The notes: generated from the letters alone by a model not told the origin. Positions 20,141 to 30,885 are shown, counted from the stretch's first letter. The stretch: 64,000 nucleotides of DNA from an uncultured Candidatus Saccharibacteria bacterium (GCA_949063825.1 CARSRA010000002.1:1571-65570); one strand, 5' to 3'. Numbers and translations are program-made.

Positions 20141-21168
20141 TGAAAGATTTTTCTTTTAAATACTATTTGTATGATCGAGCCATAGAGATACTAAGCTTGA
20201 TCGTGATGGCTGTTTTGGTTTTAGGGTTATGCCAGATTTTTGGGCTTAAATCTGAAGCTGTCATTATGGTTGCTATCTTGATTTTTGTTGCGATATTAGG
20301 TGTAATCTGCTTTGGTTATTTTCGGCAGAGATATTTTTATCGAAACTTACGGGTAAATTTAGCTAAATTGGATCAATCTTATCTAATAGCGGAGGTGCTC
20401 GACCGCCCAGATTTTCTCGATGGGAAGATCTTGTATGATGTTTGTTATGAACTTGGTAAATCGATGCTTGAAAACGTTAGTAAAAACGAACAAGTGTGTC
20501 AGGATTTTTCTGATTATATAGAACTTTGGATTCATGAGATTAAAAGTCCCCTTGCGGCACTAAACTTGCTGGCTGAAAAAGGGCGATTGCGATCAGGGCG
20601 CGAACTTACACGCGAGCTAGCGCGGATAGATAATTTGACTGAACAAATCTTATATTTTATGCGTGCGGAGAGTTCAGCTAAGGACTATTTATTCCAGGGA
20701 TGTAACTTGAGCGAGGTAGTTAAGGCGGTTTTACTGACATATCGTACGCAGATTCAGCTTCAAAATATGGAAATTGAGACGCGTAATTTAGATAGAAATG
20801 TGATGAGTGATGTAAAATGGCTTAAGTTCATGATCTCACAGGTGCTTGCAAATGCGTTAAAATATCAGGCAAAGAAAATCACGTTTTCAGCAGAACAGGC
20901 GCAGCGAATGACTATACTAAAAATCCGTGATGACGGAATCGGTATTCCGGCAGAGGACCTACCCAGGGTGTTTGACAAGACGTTTACGGGGAAAAATGGC
21001 CATGGTAAAAATGGCGAGCACTCGACTGGCATGGGGCTCTATATTGTGAAGACCTTGGCTGATAAAATGGGGCATAAGGTTGAAATCAATTCAAAAATAG
21101 GAGATGACTCTTTTACGGAAGTACGCTTTGTTTTTGGTGAGCATGAATATTACAAAAATGTTCGCTAG
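20140..21168 (+). CDS. Intramembrane-sensing histidine kinase (BceS/GraS-like)
   Basis: Two close TM helices, WIHEIKSPL H-box, NALKY, DDGIGI, GMGLY. Confidence 0.92.
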   Translation: MKDFSFKYYLYDRAIEILSLIVMAVLVLGLCQIFGLKSEAVIMVAILIFVAILGVICFGYFRQRYFYRNLRVNLAKLDQSYLIAEVLDRPDFLDGKILYDVCYELGKSMLENVSKNEQVCQDFSDYIELWIHEIKSPLAALNLLAEKGRLRSGRELTRELARIDNLTEQILYFMRAESSAKDYLFQGCNLSEVVKAVLLTYRTQIQLQNMEIETRNLDRNVMSDVKWLKFMISQVLANALKYQAKKITFSAEQAQRMTILKIRDDGIGIPAEDLPRVFDKTFTGKNGHGKNGEHSTGMGLYIVKTLADKMGHKVEINSKIGDDSFTEVRFVFGEHEYYKNVR

Positions 21169-21229
21169 TTGTAAGGTTCCACAAACGACAAATAGCCCCG
21201 GAGTCTATAGAATGAAGTAAAGGAGTATT

Positions 21230-22108
21230 ATGAAACAGTTAACTACGATAAAAAAATCCGTTTCAACTAATAAATCGGTTGAACCTAAATCACCTAAAAA
21301 GAAAGGGGCAAAAGAACAGAAAAAGCCGCATTGTCAGATTGGTGGTGAGCCAGTATTGAAGCTTGAAAATGTGGAAAAATATTATGGTAGTCGTTCGGCA
21401 CTAACAAAGGCGGTGGATCGAATTTCATTTGAGATTGATCGCCAAGAGTTCGTGGCGATTATGGGTGCAAGCGGTTCCGGTAAAACCACTTTGCTTAACT
21501 GTATTGCGACGATTGATCGCGTTACGGCTGGAAAAATCTATGTTGGTGGTGAAGACATTACTCGATTGCGGGGCGAAAAGCTAAACCGCTTTCGACGTGA
21601 AGAATTGGGTTTTATCTTCCAAGATTTTAATCTACTAGACACCCTAACGGCGCGCGAGAATATCGCTTTGGCGCTTGCAATACAGAAAGTGCATCCACTT
21701 GAAATTACCGATCGCGTCGAAAAGATTAGTGCGCAGTTAGGCATTACAACGGTTCTAGATAAATTCCCCTATCAAATGTCGGGTGGGCAAAAACAACGTG
21801 TAGCTTCGGCACGAGCAATTATTACTGATCCGAAGTTAATATTAGCTGATGAGCCGACCGGTGCGCTTGATTCACGCTCGGCTAGGGTGTTGCTTGAGCA
21901 ATTCGAAGAATTAAATCAGTGTTTTGGTTCGACGATTTTGATGGTGACACATGATGCATTTGCGGCGTCTTATGCCAAGCGAGTAATCTTCCTAAAGGAT
22001 GGTAAAATCTTTAACGAAATTCGTCGCGGCGAACATGATCGTAAGCAATTCTTTGATCAGATCATCGATGTGGTGACAGCGCTAGGAGGGGATACGAATG
22101 TTCTTTAA
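21230..22108 (+). CDS. ABC transporter ATP-binding protein (BceA-like)
   Basis: [33 protein letters not shown]. Confidence 0.95.
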   Translation: MKQLTTIKKSVSTNKSVEPKSPKKKGAKEQKKPHCQIGGEPVLKLENVEKYYGSRSALTKAVDRISFEIDRQEFVAIMGASGSGKTTLLNCIATIDRVTAGKIYVGGEDITRLRGEKLNRFRREELGFIFQDFNLLDTLTARENIALALAIQKVHPLEITDRVEKISAQLGITTVLDKFPYQMSGGQKQRVASARAIITDPKLILADEPTGALDSRSARVLLEQFEELNQCFGSTILMVTHDAFAASYAKRVIFLKDGKIFNEIRRGEHDRKQFFDQIIDVVTALGGDTNVL

Positions 22109-24098
22109 ATTAGCGCTGCGCAATATCAAACGCAGTCTCAAAGATTATGCGATTTATTTCTTTACATTAGTACTAGGGGTAGCAATCTTTTATATTTTTA
22201 ATGCTCTAGATAGTCAGACTGTGATGCTAGGGCTGAGCGATTATATGTCGGAAGTCGTAAAACTTATGACAAGTGTGTTGGCTGGAGTTAGTGTATTTGT
22301 GGCTTTCGTGTTAGGCTTTTTGATAATTTACGCTTCACGTTTTTTAATCAAACGCCGTAGTCAAGAGTTTGGTACATATATGACCCTCGGTATGGGTAAG
22401 CGCAAGATTGCGATGATTATTTTGTTAGAGACTTTGCTAATTGGGGCGGTCTCGCTGAGTGTCGGATTGCTGATTGGTGTAGGTTTGTCGCAATTTACGA
22501 GCACTTTAGTCGCTGGTATATTTGAAGCCGATATGACGCAATTCCATTTTGTCTTTTCTCCTGAAGCCTGTATTAAAACGCTGGTATATTTTGCAATTAT
22601 CTTTACGGTGGTTATGTTGCTGGATACTGTGATGGTGGCACGTCAACGTTTAATTAAATTACTACAAGCTAAGCGGATGGCAGAGACTGTAAAAGTGCGT
22701 AAAACCTCAATGGCTATCGTTATTTTTACTCTCGGTATTGTAATGTTAGGTTGGGCTTACTGGATGGTTACCCTCAATTCGTCTAAGCTTGACGATTCCA
22801 ATATTCTATGGGTGCTAGGGGCTGGTGCACTGGGGACGACTTTATTTGTTTGGTCGGTGGCTACGATTATATTGAAGTTATTACAGAACACGAAATTATA
22901 TAATCGTGATGTGAATGCCTTTACGCTGCGACAGTTTAGTAGCGCAGTAAATACGTCTGTATTAGCGATAACCGTAATTAGCTTGATGTTGTTTGTGACT
23001 ATTTGTGTGTCGGTTTCGGCAATTTCAATTCATGAGAGTATGACAGCGAAGCTCGATCAAGCGATGCCGGTTGATATTGAATTCCCGGCAACTTTGGCCG
23101 ACGAGAGCGAATCAGTAGAAGTGATGAAGCTCTACGGGATTGATCTTGGCGCGGCGATCAAGGAGCAGGCAAAATATGAAGTATCTTATAGTGATGATTT
23201 GACGTACGGGGATTTATTGAATGGGGTAATGTCGCCAGGGGAATTTACGCTCTTTAATACTCAAGGTGTGATCCCGATGATGCATATCGGTGATTATAAT
23301 GCGATTGCTGATTTGTTCCATAATGAAAAAATTGAGCTTGATAATAATGAGTATATAATTGTGGCCAATTTTCAGCCTATGGTAGAAATATTAGAAAAGG
23401 CCCTAGTGGCGGATGTCCGTATCGAGTTTGGTGGGGAGGTTTTACATCCAGCGTCGGCAAAAGTGACAGATGGAATGTATCAATTATCCAGCACTGCAAA
23501 TGCAAATACCGGAATTGTAATCGTGCCAGACGATATTGAATTCCCCGAAGATGATGCTTTTGAATATATTGTAGGAAATTTTAAAGATAATGTGGATGCC
23601 AATGATCTAACGGATAGAATCCTAAAGATACGCGATCAAGAATTACAGAATACCGCAAAGTACTTCATGATCGAGACGAAGCAAAATCTTCTAAATTCGA
23701 ATATTGGTTTAAAGGCGATAGTAACTTTTGTGGCATTGTATCTCGGAATTATTTTCCTGATCGCTAGTGCTGCTCTCTTGGCTCTAAAACAGCTCACTGA
23801 GAGTAGCGACAATCGTGCTAAATATGTGATTCTGCAAAAACTTGGGGCGGATAGTAAAATGATTAATCACGCTCTAGCTTGGCAAATTGGAATTTTCTTC
23901 GCGCTACCACTTGTGATAGCAGTAGTTCACTCAATTTTTGGAATCATTTTCTGTGATGAAGTTCTAGAATTCTTCGGCGGGGTTAAGATTGGCGGTGCGG
24001 TAGTCATGATCGGTGGAGTTTTCTTGGCGGTTTATGGCGGTTATTTCCTGATCACGTATTTTGCCAGTAAAAGAATGATCAGGGAGCGTAGGGTATAA
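22098..24098 (+). CDS. FtsX-like ABC transporter permease (BceB-like)
   Basis: 666 aa, multiple TM helices, RSQEFGTYMTLGM, large extracellular loop; ATG overlaps ATPase end. Confidence 0.9.
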   Translation: MFFKLALRNIKRSLKDYAIYFFTLVLGVAIFYIFNALDSQTVMLGLSDYMSEVVKLMTSVLAGVSVFVAFVLGFLIIYASRFLIKRRSQEFGTYMTLGMGKRKIAMIILLETLLIGAVSLSVGLLIGVGLSQFTSTLVAGIFEADMTQFHFVFSPEACIKTLVYFAIIFTVVMLLDTVMVARQRLIKLLQAKRMAETVKVRKTSMAIVIFTLGIVMLGWAYWMVTLNSSKLDDSNILWVLGAGALGTTLFVWSVATIILKLLQNTKLYNRDVNAFTLRQFSSAVNTSVLAITVISLMLFVTICVSVSAISIHESMTAKLDQAMPVDIEFPATLADESESVEVMKLYGIDLGAAIKEQAKYEVSYSDDLTYGDLLNGVMSPGEFTLFNTQGVIPMMHIGDYNAIADLFHNEKIELDNNEYIIVANFQPMVEILEKALVADVRIEFGGEVLHPASAKVTDGMYQLSSTANANTGIVIVPDDIEFPEDDAFEYIVGNFKDNVDANDLTDRILKIRDQELQNTAKYFMIETKQNLLNSNIGLKAIVTFVALYLGIIFLIASAALLALKQLTESSDNRAKYVILQKLGADSKMINHALAWQIGIFFALPLVIAVVHSIFGIIFCDEVLEFFGGVKIGGAVVMIGGVFLAVYGGYFLITYFASKRMIRERRV

Positions 24099-24126
24099 CG
24101 CAAGAACATACCGAACACATATCTTG

Positions 24127-24158
24127 GTATAGAGTGTCTCATAGTAGACCCTCTATAC
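24127..24158 (+). terminator. Hairpin, likely terminator of bce-like operon
   Basis: GTATAGAGTGTCT-loop-AGACCCTCTATAC followed by TGTTTT. Confidence 0.55.
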
Positions 24159-24212
24159 TGTTTTAGGGTTTATATCTTTGCGAAAACAGTATTATAATAT
24201 ATAATATTAGTT

Positions 24213-24419
24213 ATGGTAAACTTAGATTTCGGTGAAATCATCCTATCGGCACTTGTCCCGATCTTTTATTTTACGATGTGTGGTGTGGGAGTTTGGTTTT
24301 TATGGCATATACGAGGTCGTCAGCCAGGCAATAATCGTTATGCAGCGATGATCTACGGCGGAATTGCGGCATGTATTATCCTCATGCTATTAGGGTTCAA
24401 GATTTTTGGGATTTTGTAA
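24213..24419 (+). CDS. Small two-TM membrane protein
   Basis: 68 aa, two hydrophobic segments, TATAAT 7 nt before ATG, adjacent to rmuC. Confidence 0.7.
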   Translation: MVNLDFGEIILSALVPIFYFTMCGVGVWFLWHIRGRQPGNNRYAAMIYGGIAACIILMLLGFKIFGIL

Positions 24420-24422
24420 TAG

Positions 24423-25571
24423 ATGGATATTCTAATCGTAGGCCTACTGATCATTGCGATTATTCTATTAGTGGTTGTGATTGTGCGCCGACCAGAGGAT
24501 CGGGATTCGCGTGCAGTCCAAGAACGTCTAGTCCGCCTAGAGAGTGAGATTGAAAAATTGACGCCACGGATCGAGAGTGAGTTTCGCGAAAACCGGCGGG
24601 AGATTGCCGATAACTTCGGTCAAATTCAAAAGACCGTCGATACGAGAGTGAAAAGCTTGCAAGAAGATAATTCTGCTCGACTCGAACAAATGCGTCAGAC
24701 GGTAGACGAAAAACTACAGGAGTCGGTTGAGAAGCGTTTTAATGAGAGCTTTCGACGGATTTCAAGTCAACTAACACAGGTTTATCAAGGGTTGGGCGAG
24801 ATGAGGACTTTAGCAAATGGTGTTGGCGATCTTAAAAAGGTGATGGAGGGTGTTAAAACACGAGGTATTTATGGTGAAGTGCAACTTGGAAATATTATTT
24901 CTGATTGCATGATGCATGATCAATACGTAGAGAATTTTATTACCAAAAAAGGTAGCATGGACCGAGTTGAGTTTGCGATTAAAATGCCGGGTCGTCACGA
25001 AGAGATGATCTATTTACCGATTGATTCGAAATTTCCGGTTGAGAATTATTCAAGACTTGTCGCAGCATATGATTCAGGTAATAAAGTCGATATTGAGCAG
25101 TTCCGTAAAGAATTAGCCAAGGATGTAAAGACGCAGGCGAAGAAAATCGCTGATAAATATCTCGATCCGCCAGCAACTACCGATTTTGGCATCATGTTTG
25201 TTCCAACCGAGAGTTTGTACGCGGAGATTTTGCGGATTCCGGGGTTGTTCGATGAAGTGCGCCAAAAAATGCGAGTGACAATTTGTTCGCCTTCGACTCT
25301 GCCGATTATTTTGTCTGGTCTTACTATGGGGTTCCGTACCGTAGCAATCGAAAAACGCAGTGCTGAAGTTTGGCAGACGCTAGGTGCGGTAAAAGCGCAA
25401 TTCGGTAAATTCGGTGACCTCCTTGCGGCAACCAAGAAGAAGCTGGAAGAAACCGCCAATAAAATCGGCAACGCCGAACATACTTCGCGCCAGATTGAGA
25501 AGAAATTGAAAAACGTGGAAATGCTACCGGAGGGGGATAGTAAGAAGATTATCGGGGAGATTGAGATATGA
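24423..25571 (+). CDS. rmuC: DNA recombination protein RmuC
   Basis: N-terminal TM and coiled coil, KTRGIYGEVQL, LPIDSKFP, TTDFGIMFVPTESLYAE. Confidence 0.93.
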   Translation: MDILIVGLLIIAIILLVVVIVRRPEDRDSRAVQERLVRLESEIEKLTPRIESEFRENRREIADNFGQIQKTVDTRVKSLQEDNSARLEQMRQTVDEKLQESVEKRFNESFRRISSQLTQVYQGLGEMRTLANGVGDLKKVMEGVKTRGIYGEVQLGNIISDCMMHDQYVENFITKKGSMDRVEFAIKMPGRHEEMIYLPIDSKFPVENYSRLVAAYDSGNKVDIEQFRKELAKDVKTQAKKIADKYLDPPATTDFGIMFVPTESLYAEILRIPGLFDEVRQKMRVTICSPSTLPIILSGLTMGFRTVAIEKRSAEVWQTLGAVKAQFGKFGDLLAATKKKLEETANKIGNAEHTSRQIEKKLKNVEMLPEGDSKKIIGEIEI

Positions 25572-26281
25572 TAGACATTTTACATACGATAGCAATTTGG
25601 TTTTTACTTTTTATTACCTATGCGTTCTTAGGTTGGTTAATGGAGATGATTATTACTGTAGTGATTCGTCATCGTTTCTATAACCGCGGTTTTTTGATTG
25701 GGCCGCTTTGTCCGATTTATGGCGTAGCTGGAGCTCTAATTACTATTATGATTGGGCGCCAAGAGAACATTTTGGAAATTTTTTGTGTAGTAATGATTTT
25801 TGGCGCGGCAATCGAATATTTAACAAGCTATCTTATGGAAAAACTGTTCCATGCGCGATGGTGGGATTATACCGACCAGCCCTTTAATGTTAATGGACGA
25901 ATCTGTTTAGGTGCGCTTTTAGGTTTTGGTGCTCTAGGAGTCGTGGTAGTGAAATTAATTAGCCCGTTCATGCTCAGTATTTTTAATCGGCTTGATAAGA
26001 TAGGGTTAATTTTTATTGCGGCGGCTCTTATGGTGATTTTGATATGTGATTTTATTGCCTCACTGAGATTGATCATACATTTTCGTGCTACCACAAAAAC
26101 GGTCAGCGGCGACATTACGGAAGAGCTTACCGAATATATACGCTTGAAATTCGCTCAACACGGTAAATTAAACCGACGATTGTTGAAGGCTTTTCCGGCC
26201 ATGAAGGTAAAGAAGCCGACGCCACGTAAACGTACTAAAAAGACTTCAGCTAAATCTGGTCAAAAAACGAGGAGCAATTGA
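25568..26281 (+). CDS. Putative ABC transporter permease-like membrane protein (CmpB/DUF1113-like)
   Basis: YAFLGWLME, NRGFLIGPLCPIYG, RWWDYT...NVNGRICL. Confidence 0.85.
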   Translation: MIDILHTIAIWFLLFITYAFLGWLMEMIITVVIRHRFYNRGFLIGPLCPIYGVAGALITIMIGRQENILEIFCVVMIFGAAIEYLTSYLMEKLFHARWWDYTDQPFNVNGRICLGALLGFGALGVVVVKLISPFMLSIFNRLDKIGLIFIAAALMVILICDFIASLRLIIHFRATTKTVSGDITEELTEYIRLKFAQHGKLNRRLLKAFPAMKVKKPTPRKRTKKTSAKSGQKTRSN

Positions 26282-26384
26282 TAGATAGGGTGGCCTAAGG
26301 TATTTTTGCATGGACGGTCACTAGAGATGAGCGTTGGCGGAGATCATTCTCGTCATATTCGCCAAAAAAGTGTATAATATATAT

Positions 26385-27374
26385 ATGTATGAAAAAATGC
26401 AGGAGTTTTTGACGGGCAAGGAACGGATCTGTGTTATCCAGGCAGAAAATCCAGACGGAGATTCGCTCGGCTCGGCGATAGCCCTAGATTATATATTGGC
26501 AGAGACAGAAAATTCACTATATTGCCCAGTAGATATCCCGGAATATCTGCATTATTTTGAGGATTGGTCTAGGGTTAATTCGCAGTTTGATTATAAAGCA
26601 GACGGATATATCATTGTCGATACGGCAGCCAGCGTTTTGCTATCAAAATTATTGGATGATCCGGCGATAAAAAATTCATTATATAATAAGCCGGTATTGG
26701 TAATCGATCATCATGAAACTGATGATGATCTCGAATTTCCGCATGAGAATATCATAGAAACGCGTCCAGCTTGTGCTGACTTGATATATCGGATTGCAAG
26801 AGCCTGTGGGCTTACAATTCCGAAGCCGGCGGCGACTGCGCTTTATGCGGCGATTGCGTCGGATACGCTTGGCCTAGTCAGCGCGTCTGTGACTGCTGAT
26901 ACGATGCGCACAATGGCTGGTCTGATTGAGCTAGGGGCGAATCCGGCGGAAATCGACGAGCGTCGTCGTGAATTTATGAAGAAATCGCCACGTATTTTAG
27001 ATTATAAGGCTGATCTAATCAAGAGAATTGAGTATGCGTTAGATGGTACGCTCGCAACAGTGCATATCCCGTTTGAGGAGATTCAGGAATATTCGCAGGA
27101 GTATAATCCTAACGTGTTAATTCTAGAAGAAATGCGTATGGTGGAAGGGGTTGAGGTGGCGATCGCCGTCAAGACATATCCCGATGGCAAAGCGACCGGT
27201 AAAATCCGCACGCAGATCCCGGTTGCAGAACAAATTGCTGGTTATTTTGGTGGTGGAGGTCATGCTTATGCGGCTGGATTTCGGGTCTATGATATGAGCT
27301 ATGCTGAGATCGTGGCTGATCTGATCAAGATTTTACCTGAGATTGTAGAGCAGGCGAAACATGATTTGGCATAA
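26385..27374 (+). CDS. DHH-family phosphoesterase (NrnA-like)
   Basis: NPDGDSLGS, VIDHH, GGGGHAYAAG; start moved to ATG 26385, 6 nt after TATAAT. Confidence 0.9.
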   Translation: MYEKMQEFLTGKERICVIQAENPDGDSLGSAIALDYILAETENSLYCPVDIPEYLHYFEDWSRVNSQFDYKADGYIIVDTAASVLLSKLLDDPAIKNSLYNKPVLVIDHHETDDDLEFPHENIIETRPACADLIYRIARACGLTIPKPAATALYAAIASDTLGLVSASVTADTMRTMAGLIELGANPAEIDERRREFMKKSPRILDYKADLIKRIEYALDGTLATVHIPFEEIQEYSQEYNPNVLILEEMRMVEGVEVAIAVKTYPDGKATGKIRTQIPVAEQIAGYFGGGGHAYAAGFRVYDMSYAEIVADLIKILPEIVEQAKHDLA

Positions 27375-28206
27375 ACTTTATAATTATTTCAGTTGGATTT
27401 GGCACAAAGTCCTGCATGTTCCGATTCGGATGGCAGTGGCAGAGGATAATCATGTAAAAAATCCACGACTAACTGTCGTATTGCTTCATGGAATTGCGGC
27501 AACATCGTATACTTGGCGCAAGCTTTATAAAGATGTGTTGCGTGATCCAGAGCTTAAGGATGTGCGCTTCATTGCGCTCGATTTGCTAGGGTTTGGTAAA
27601 TCACCTAAGGCGGATTGGCTAGATTACGATTATGATGACTACGCTAGAGCACTAGATGAGTCCTTCCGTCGACTCAAGATTAATACACCGGTGATGCTAA
27701 TGGGGCATTCGATGGGGGCGTTGATTATTGCTAATTATATTGCAGAACGGAGGCCACAAGTTTTTGTGCAGGCGGCGATTTTGGTCTCGCCACCGCTCTT
27801 GATGGCTTCGGAAATGGCGCGCTTACCGGATCGAGTCTATATGAATACCTATGCTTCTTTGCAACATTTAGCCAAAGACGTACCGGCGGTTGATGTGATT
27901 GCGCGTATTGCTGAGCGATTTAGTAATTTTGAAAAACACTATTTGAAGACACAGGCTTTTGCGAGCTCGATGGAAAATATAATTTTAAATCGCGGAAATT
28001 ATCAAACGTTTCGTAAAATTAAAATCCCAACTGTTTTGTTGCATGGTCATTTTGATCCGTTGGTGATTGGAGCGAATTTACGCAAAGTTGCTAAAGTGAA
28101 CAAAAGATTGACTTATCAGAGTGTGATCGCTGATCACGATATTACTGCTACGAAACGTGTGCGGATCATTAGGGAAATAAAGAAAGTGCTAAAAGATGAC
28201 GAATAA
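27361..28206 (+). CDS. Alpha/beta hydrolase
   Basis: LLHGIA, DLLGFGKS, GHSMG nucleophile elbow. Confidence 0.9.
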   Translation: MIWHKLYNYFSWIWHKVLHVPIRMAVAEDNHVKNPRLTVVLLHGIAATSYTWRKLYKDVLRDPELKDVRFIALDLLGFGKSPKADWLDYDYDDYARALDESFRRLKINTPVMLMGHSMGALIIANYIAERRPQVFVQAAILVSPPLLMASEMARLPDRVYMNTYASLQHLAKDVPAVDVIARIAERFSNFEKHYLKTQAFASSMENIILNRGNYQTFRKIKIPTVLLHGHFDPLVIGANLRKVAKVNKRLTYQSVIADHDITATKRVRIIREIKKVLKDDE

Positions 28207-29563
28207 AGTACAATTATATAATACTCTGACTCGTAAAATTGAGGCCTTCGTGCCTTTTAATCCAAATCAGGTAAAAATCTATACCTGCGGTCCGACGGTC
28301 TATAGTCGGGCACATATTGGAAATCTAGCGGCATACATATACTGGGATCTACTGGTTCGGGTATTAGAAGCTAATGATTACCAGGTTAAGCGGATTCTAA
28401 ACCTCACTGATGTTGGGCATTTGAGTTCAGACGGGGATGAAGGCGAGGACAAACTGGAAAAAGGCGCCAGGAAAACTGGCAAGAGTGTTTGGGGAGTAGC
28501 CGAAGAATACATTGAAACATTCCAGAAAGATTTTCGCAAATTGAACTTGAAAGAGCCTGCGATTTGGGCGCGAGCGACGGATTATATCAAGCAAGATGAA
28601 GAATTAGTGGAGCGACTCCGCGAGCAGGAGGTGACCTATGAAACGCATGATGGGATTTACTTTGATACTAGTAAATTCCCACATTATGCTGATTTTGCAA
28701 GATTGGATCTTGCTGGGCTGCAAGCTGGTAAGCGCGTAGATTTCTCTAGTGAAAAACGCAATCCGTCAGATTTTGCAGTTTGGAAATTTATTCAGCCAGG
28801 TGAAAAACACGATATGCGGTGGCATTTTTTGGGTCATGACGGCTATCCGGGTTGGCATCTAGAATGTTCCAGTATTATTCATGCTGAGCTCGGTGAAACG
28901 ATCGATATCCATACCGGAGGGATTGATCATATTCCAGTACATCATAGTAATGAGATCGCTCAAAGTGAAGTAGCTTTCGAGAAACATTTAGCAAAGTATT
29001 GGTTGCATTGTAATCACTTGACAATCGATGGTGAGAAGATTTCGAAGTCACTGGGAAATGTCTATGCGGTGAGTGATCTAGAAGAACGGGGGTTCTCGCC
29101 GATGGATTTTAAAATGTGGGTGCTACAGGGCCATTATCAGTCTGAGCGGAATTTTAGTTTTCGGGATCTTGAAGCGGCACGGAAGCGGCGTTTAAATTGG
29201 CGTAATCTAATCGCAAAATGTTATCAGGGCGAGTGTAACGAAAGCAATAACGGCGCTGATTTTGCGACGGTTCTTGAAACAGTGAATCATAATCTTAATT
29301 CTGCGGAAGCGATAGTTGCTATTGAGGATGCTGAGCATAAAGATTTAATATTCTGGCGCAAGGTTGATCAACTCTTTGGGCTAAATCTGCTTGAAGATGC
29401 GGCGGATATCGACTATGATGCCAGAAAAATGATTGCCGATTTCAATACTGAGCGCGCCAAAAAGAATTATCAGAAATCTGATCAGCTGCGTGAGCAGCTC
29501 GCTGAACGGAATTTGCGGATTATAGAGCAGGATGGCAAGCAATATTGGCAGTATATCAAGTAG
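28196..29563 (+). CDS. cysS: Cysteine--tRNA ligase
   Basis: YTCGPTVY, HIGN, GYPGWHLECS, DIHTGGIDH, KISKS. Confidence 0.97.
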   Translation: MTNKVQLYNTLTRKIEAFVPFNPNQVKIYTCGPTVYSRAHIGNLAAYIYWDLLVRVLEANDYQVKRILNLTDVGHLSSDGDEGEDKLEKGARKTGKSVWGVAEEYIETFQKDFRKLNLKEPAIWARATDYIKQDEELVERLREQEVTYETHDGIYFDTSKFPHYADFARLDLAGLQAGKRVDFSSEKRNPSDFAVWKFIQPGEKHDMRWHFLGHDGYPGWHLECSSIIHAELGETIDIHTGGIDHIPVHHSNEIAQSEVAFEKHLAKYWLHCNHLTIDGEKISKSLGNVYAVSDLEERGFSPMDFKMWVLQGHYQSERNFSFRDLEAARKRRLNWRNLIAKCYQGECNESNNGADFATVLETVNHNLNSAEAIVAIEDAEHKDLIFWRKVDQLFGLNLLEDAADIDYDARKMIADFNTERAKKNYQKSDQLREQLAERNLRIIEQDGKQYWQYIK

Positions 29564-29618
29564 GTAAGCTTAGGATTACTGCGTCCCCATTCGGTAGGCG
29601 TTACGATGCCGCTAGTCG

Positions 29619-29651
29619 CAATATTATAGATCTACAGGATCCATAATATTG
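29619..29651. repeat. 14-bp imperfect inverted repeat upstream of cassette A
   Basis: CAATATTATAGATC-TACAG-GATCCATAATATTG (13/14 match). Confidence 0.75.
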
Positions 29652-29722
29652 GGTTGTATACGGTTACGGTAATTCGTTATCCAGCGATACGCAGTAATGA
29701 TGTCAGTTTTAATATTGGTACT

Positions 29723-29917
29723 CTCAACTTTCTCCGGACGGGACACTATAACCGCTCTTATGGCTATATCGATAGTCGTAAAGCAATAGGAGTATTTGCG
29801 GCTAATGCTGCACGAATTCTATATACATATCATATGTCTTCTCCCTATGTTTCTGTGAAGACGGGATTTCCACGTGGTAATGGTATCGCCATCCGCTGCG
29901 TTACACGGGAGGGGTAA
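29723..29917 (+). other. Cassette A: orphan FISUMP/CLec-like C-terminal fragment, second sequence family (LNFLRTGHY...RGNGIAIRCVTREG*)
   Basis: Starts with the same CTCAACTTT as cassette C; LNF-xx-TG-x-Y start and RG-x-G-xx-IRC end parallel cassettes B-E; lies within ORF 29654-29917. Confidence 0.6.
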
Positions 29918-29941
29918 TATTGCTCCGCATTACTATCTATC

Positions 29942-30139
29942 CTACTTCGCGGTGCAGCGTAGGGAGCGACCGTAACCACGATAGCCGACGTTCTGCGGAT
30001 AGACAACGCTGCTATAGAAGCCCAGGCTGTAGGCATCCGACGAATCGTTCGCTGTACGAGACCAGAAGTATCCCCACGTAGTCTCATAGTACAACGAGCC
30101 CGAAGTACTGTAGTAGCCAGTGTAGGCAAAGTCGAGGGG
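29942..30139 (-). repeat. Cassette B: DGR variable-region-like C-terminal cassette (PLDFAYTGYY...GYGRSLRCTAK*)
   Basis: One of four homologous ~200-bp copies; possible GTG start overlaps stop of the TetR-like gene (ORF 29942-30154). Confidence 0.85.
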
Positions 30140-30147
30140 ATAAGGTC

Positions 30148-30690
30148 TCACCACTCTTTTGGTCTAAGTTTCGTAATTTTATCGAGATAAAAATCAATTT
30201 TCGCCTTTTTGAAATGGTCAAAATTTGCCCAGATCATAATTAGGCTCGCGATTTCATTACGATAAACCGTAAAGGATTGGTCAGAAATTTGCGTACCGAC
30301 AAGCAACAAACGTACGCGATCCAAAATCCGTCCTAAAGTGTAAAAATCCATATTTCGTGAAGTTGCCCTAAAATAAGCTCGCTCATGATATGCGAAACTT
30401 AGCAATAGAGTAAAAATAAGTTTGCGAATCGGTCGCCCGGGCAAGGATGAAACGAACTTCCTTACTAGACTTTGCTCATAGTCCGCGTAAGCAGAATTGA
30501 CATTAGCACTGTGCGCATAAAAAGTTGGTGAAGAAATTCCACTATCGCGACAAATATCGCGCACGTTAGCGCCAAAAGAACGTTCACTAATATAGCAATT
30601 TAAAGCTTTATGAATAGCTTGCTCATTTTTCTGAAAAGTTTTATGGGTCGAAACCTCATGCCGGCTTCGACTAGTCACCCTTAATGACAT
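30148..30690 (-). CDS. TetR/AcrR-family-like transcriptional regulator
   Basis: HTH-like segment VRDICRDSGISSPTFYAH; 180 aa. Confidence 0.75.
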   Translation of the reverse strand: MSLRVTSRSRHEVSTHKTFQKNEQAIHKALNCYISERSFGANVRDICRDSGISSPTFYAHSANVNSAYADYEQSLVRKFVSSLPGRPIRKLIFTLLLSFAYHERAYFRATSRNMDFYTLGRILDRVRLLLVGTQISDQSFTVYRNEIASLIMIWANFDHFKKAKIDFYLDKITKLRPKEW

Positions 30691-30789
30691 TACGCCCCTT
30701 TATTTTCTGGTTTATATTTTGCACCGATTTCAACAGCTCTCACCCTACTCTGGAGTCGGAAATTGCAAATTTCACCAGCACATCATTCT

Positions 30790-30818
30790 ATTGTATCATA
30801 CTTAGCATACAAAGTCAA
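30790..30818 (-). promoter_or_regulatory. sigma70 promoter of TetR-like gene
   Basis: Minus strand TTGACT-17 nt-TACAAT. Confidence 0.7.
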
Positions 30819-30885
30819 TAGATATCTATTATTTCACTGTTTTTGGCAACTTCTCTAAATAAAAAGCATGTTCTTTACATCTTAT

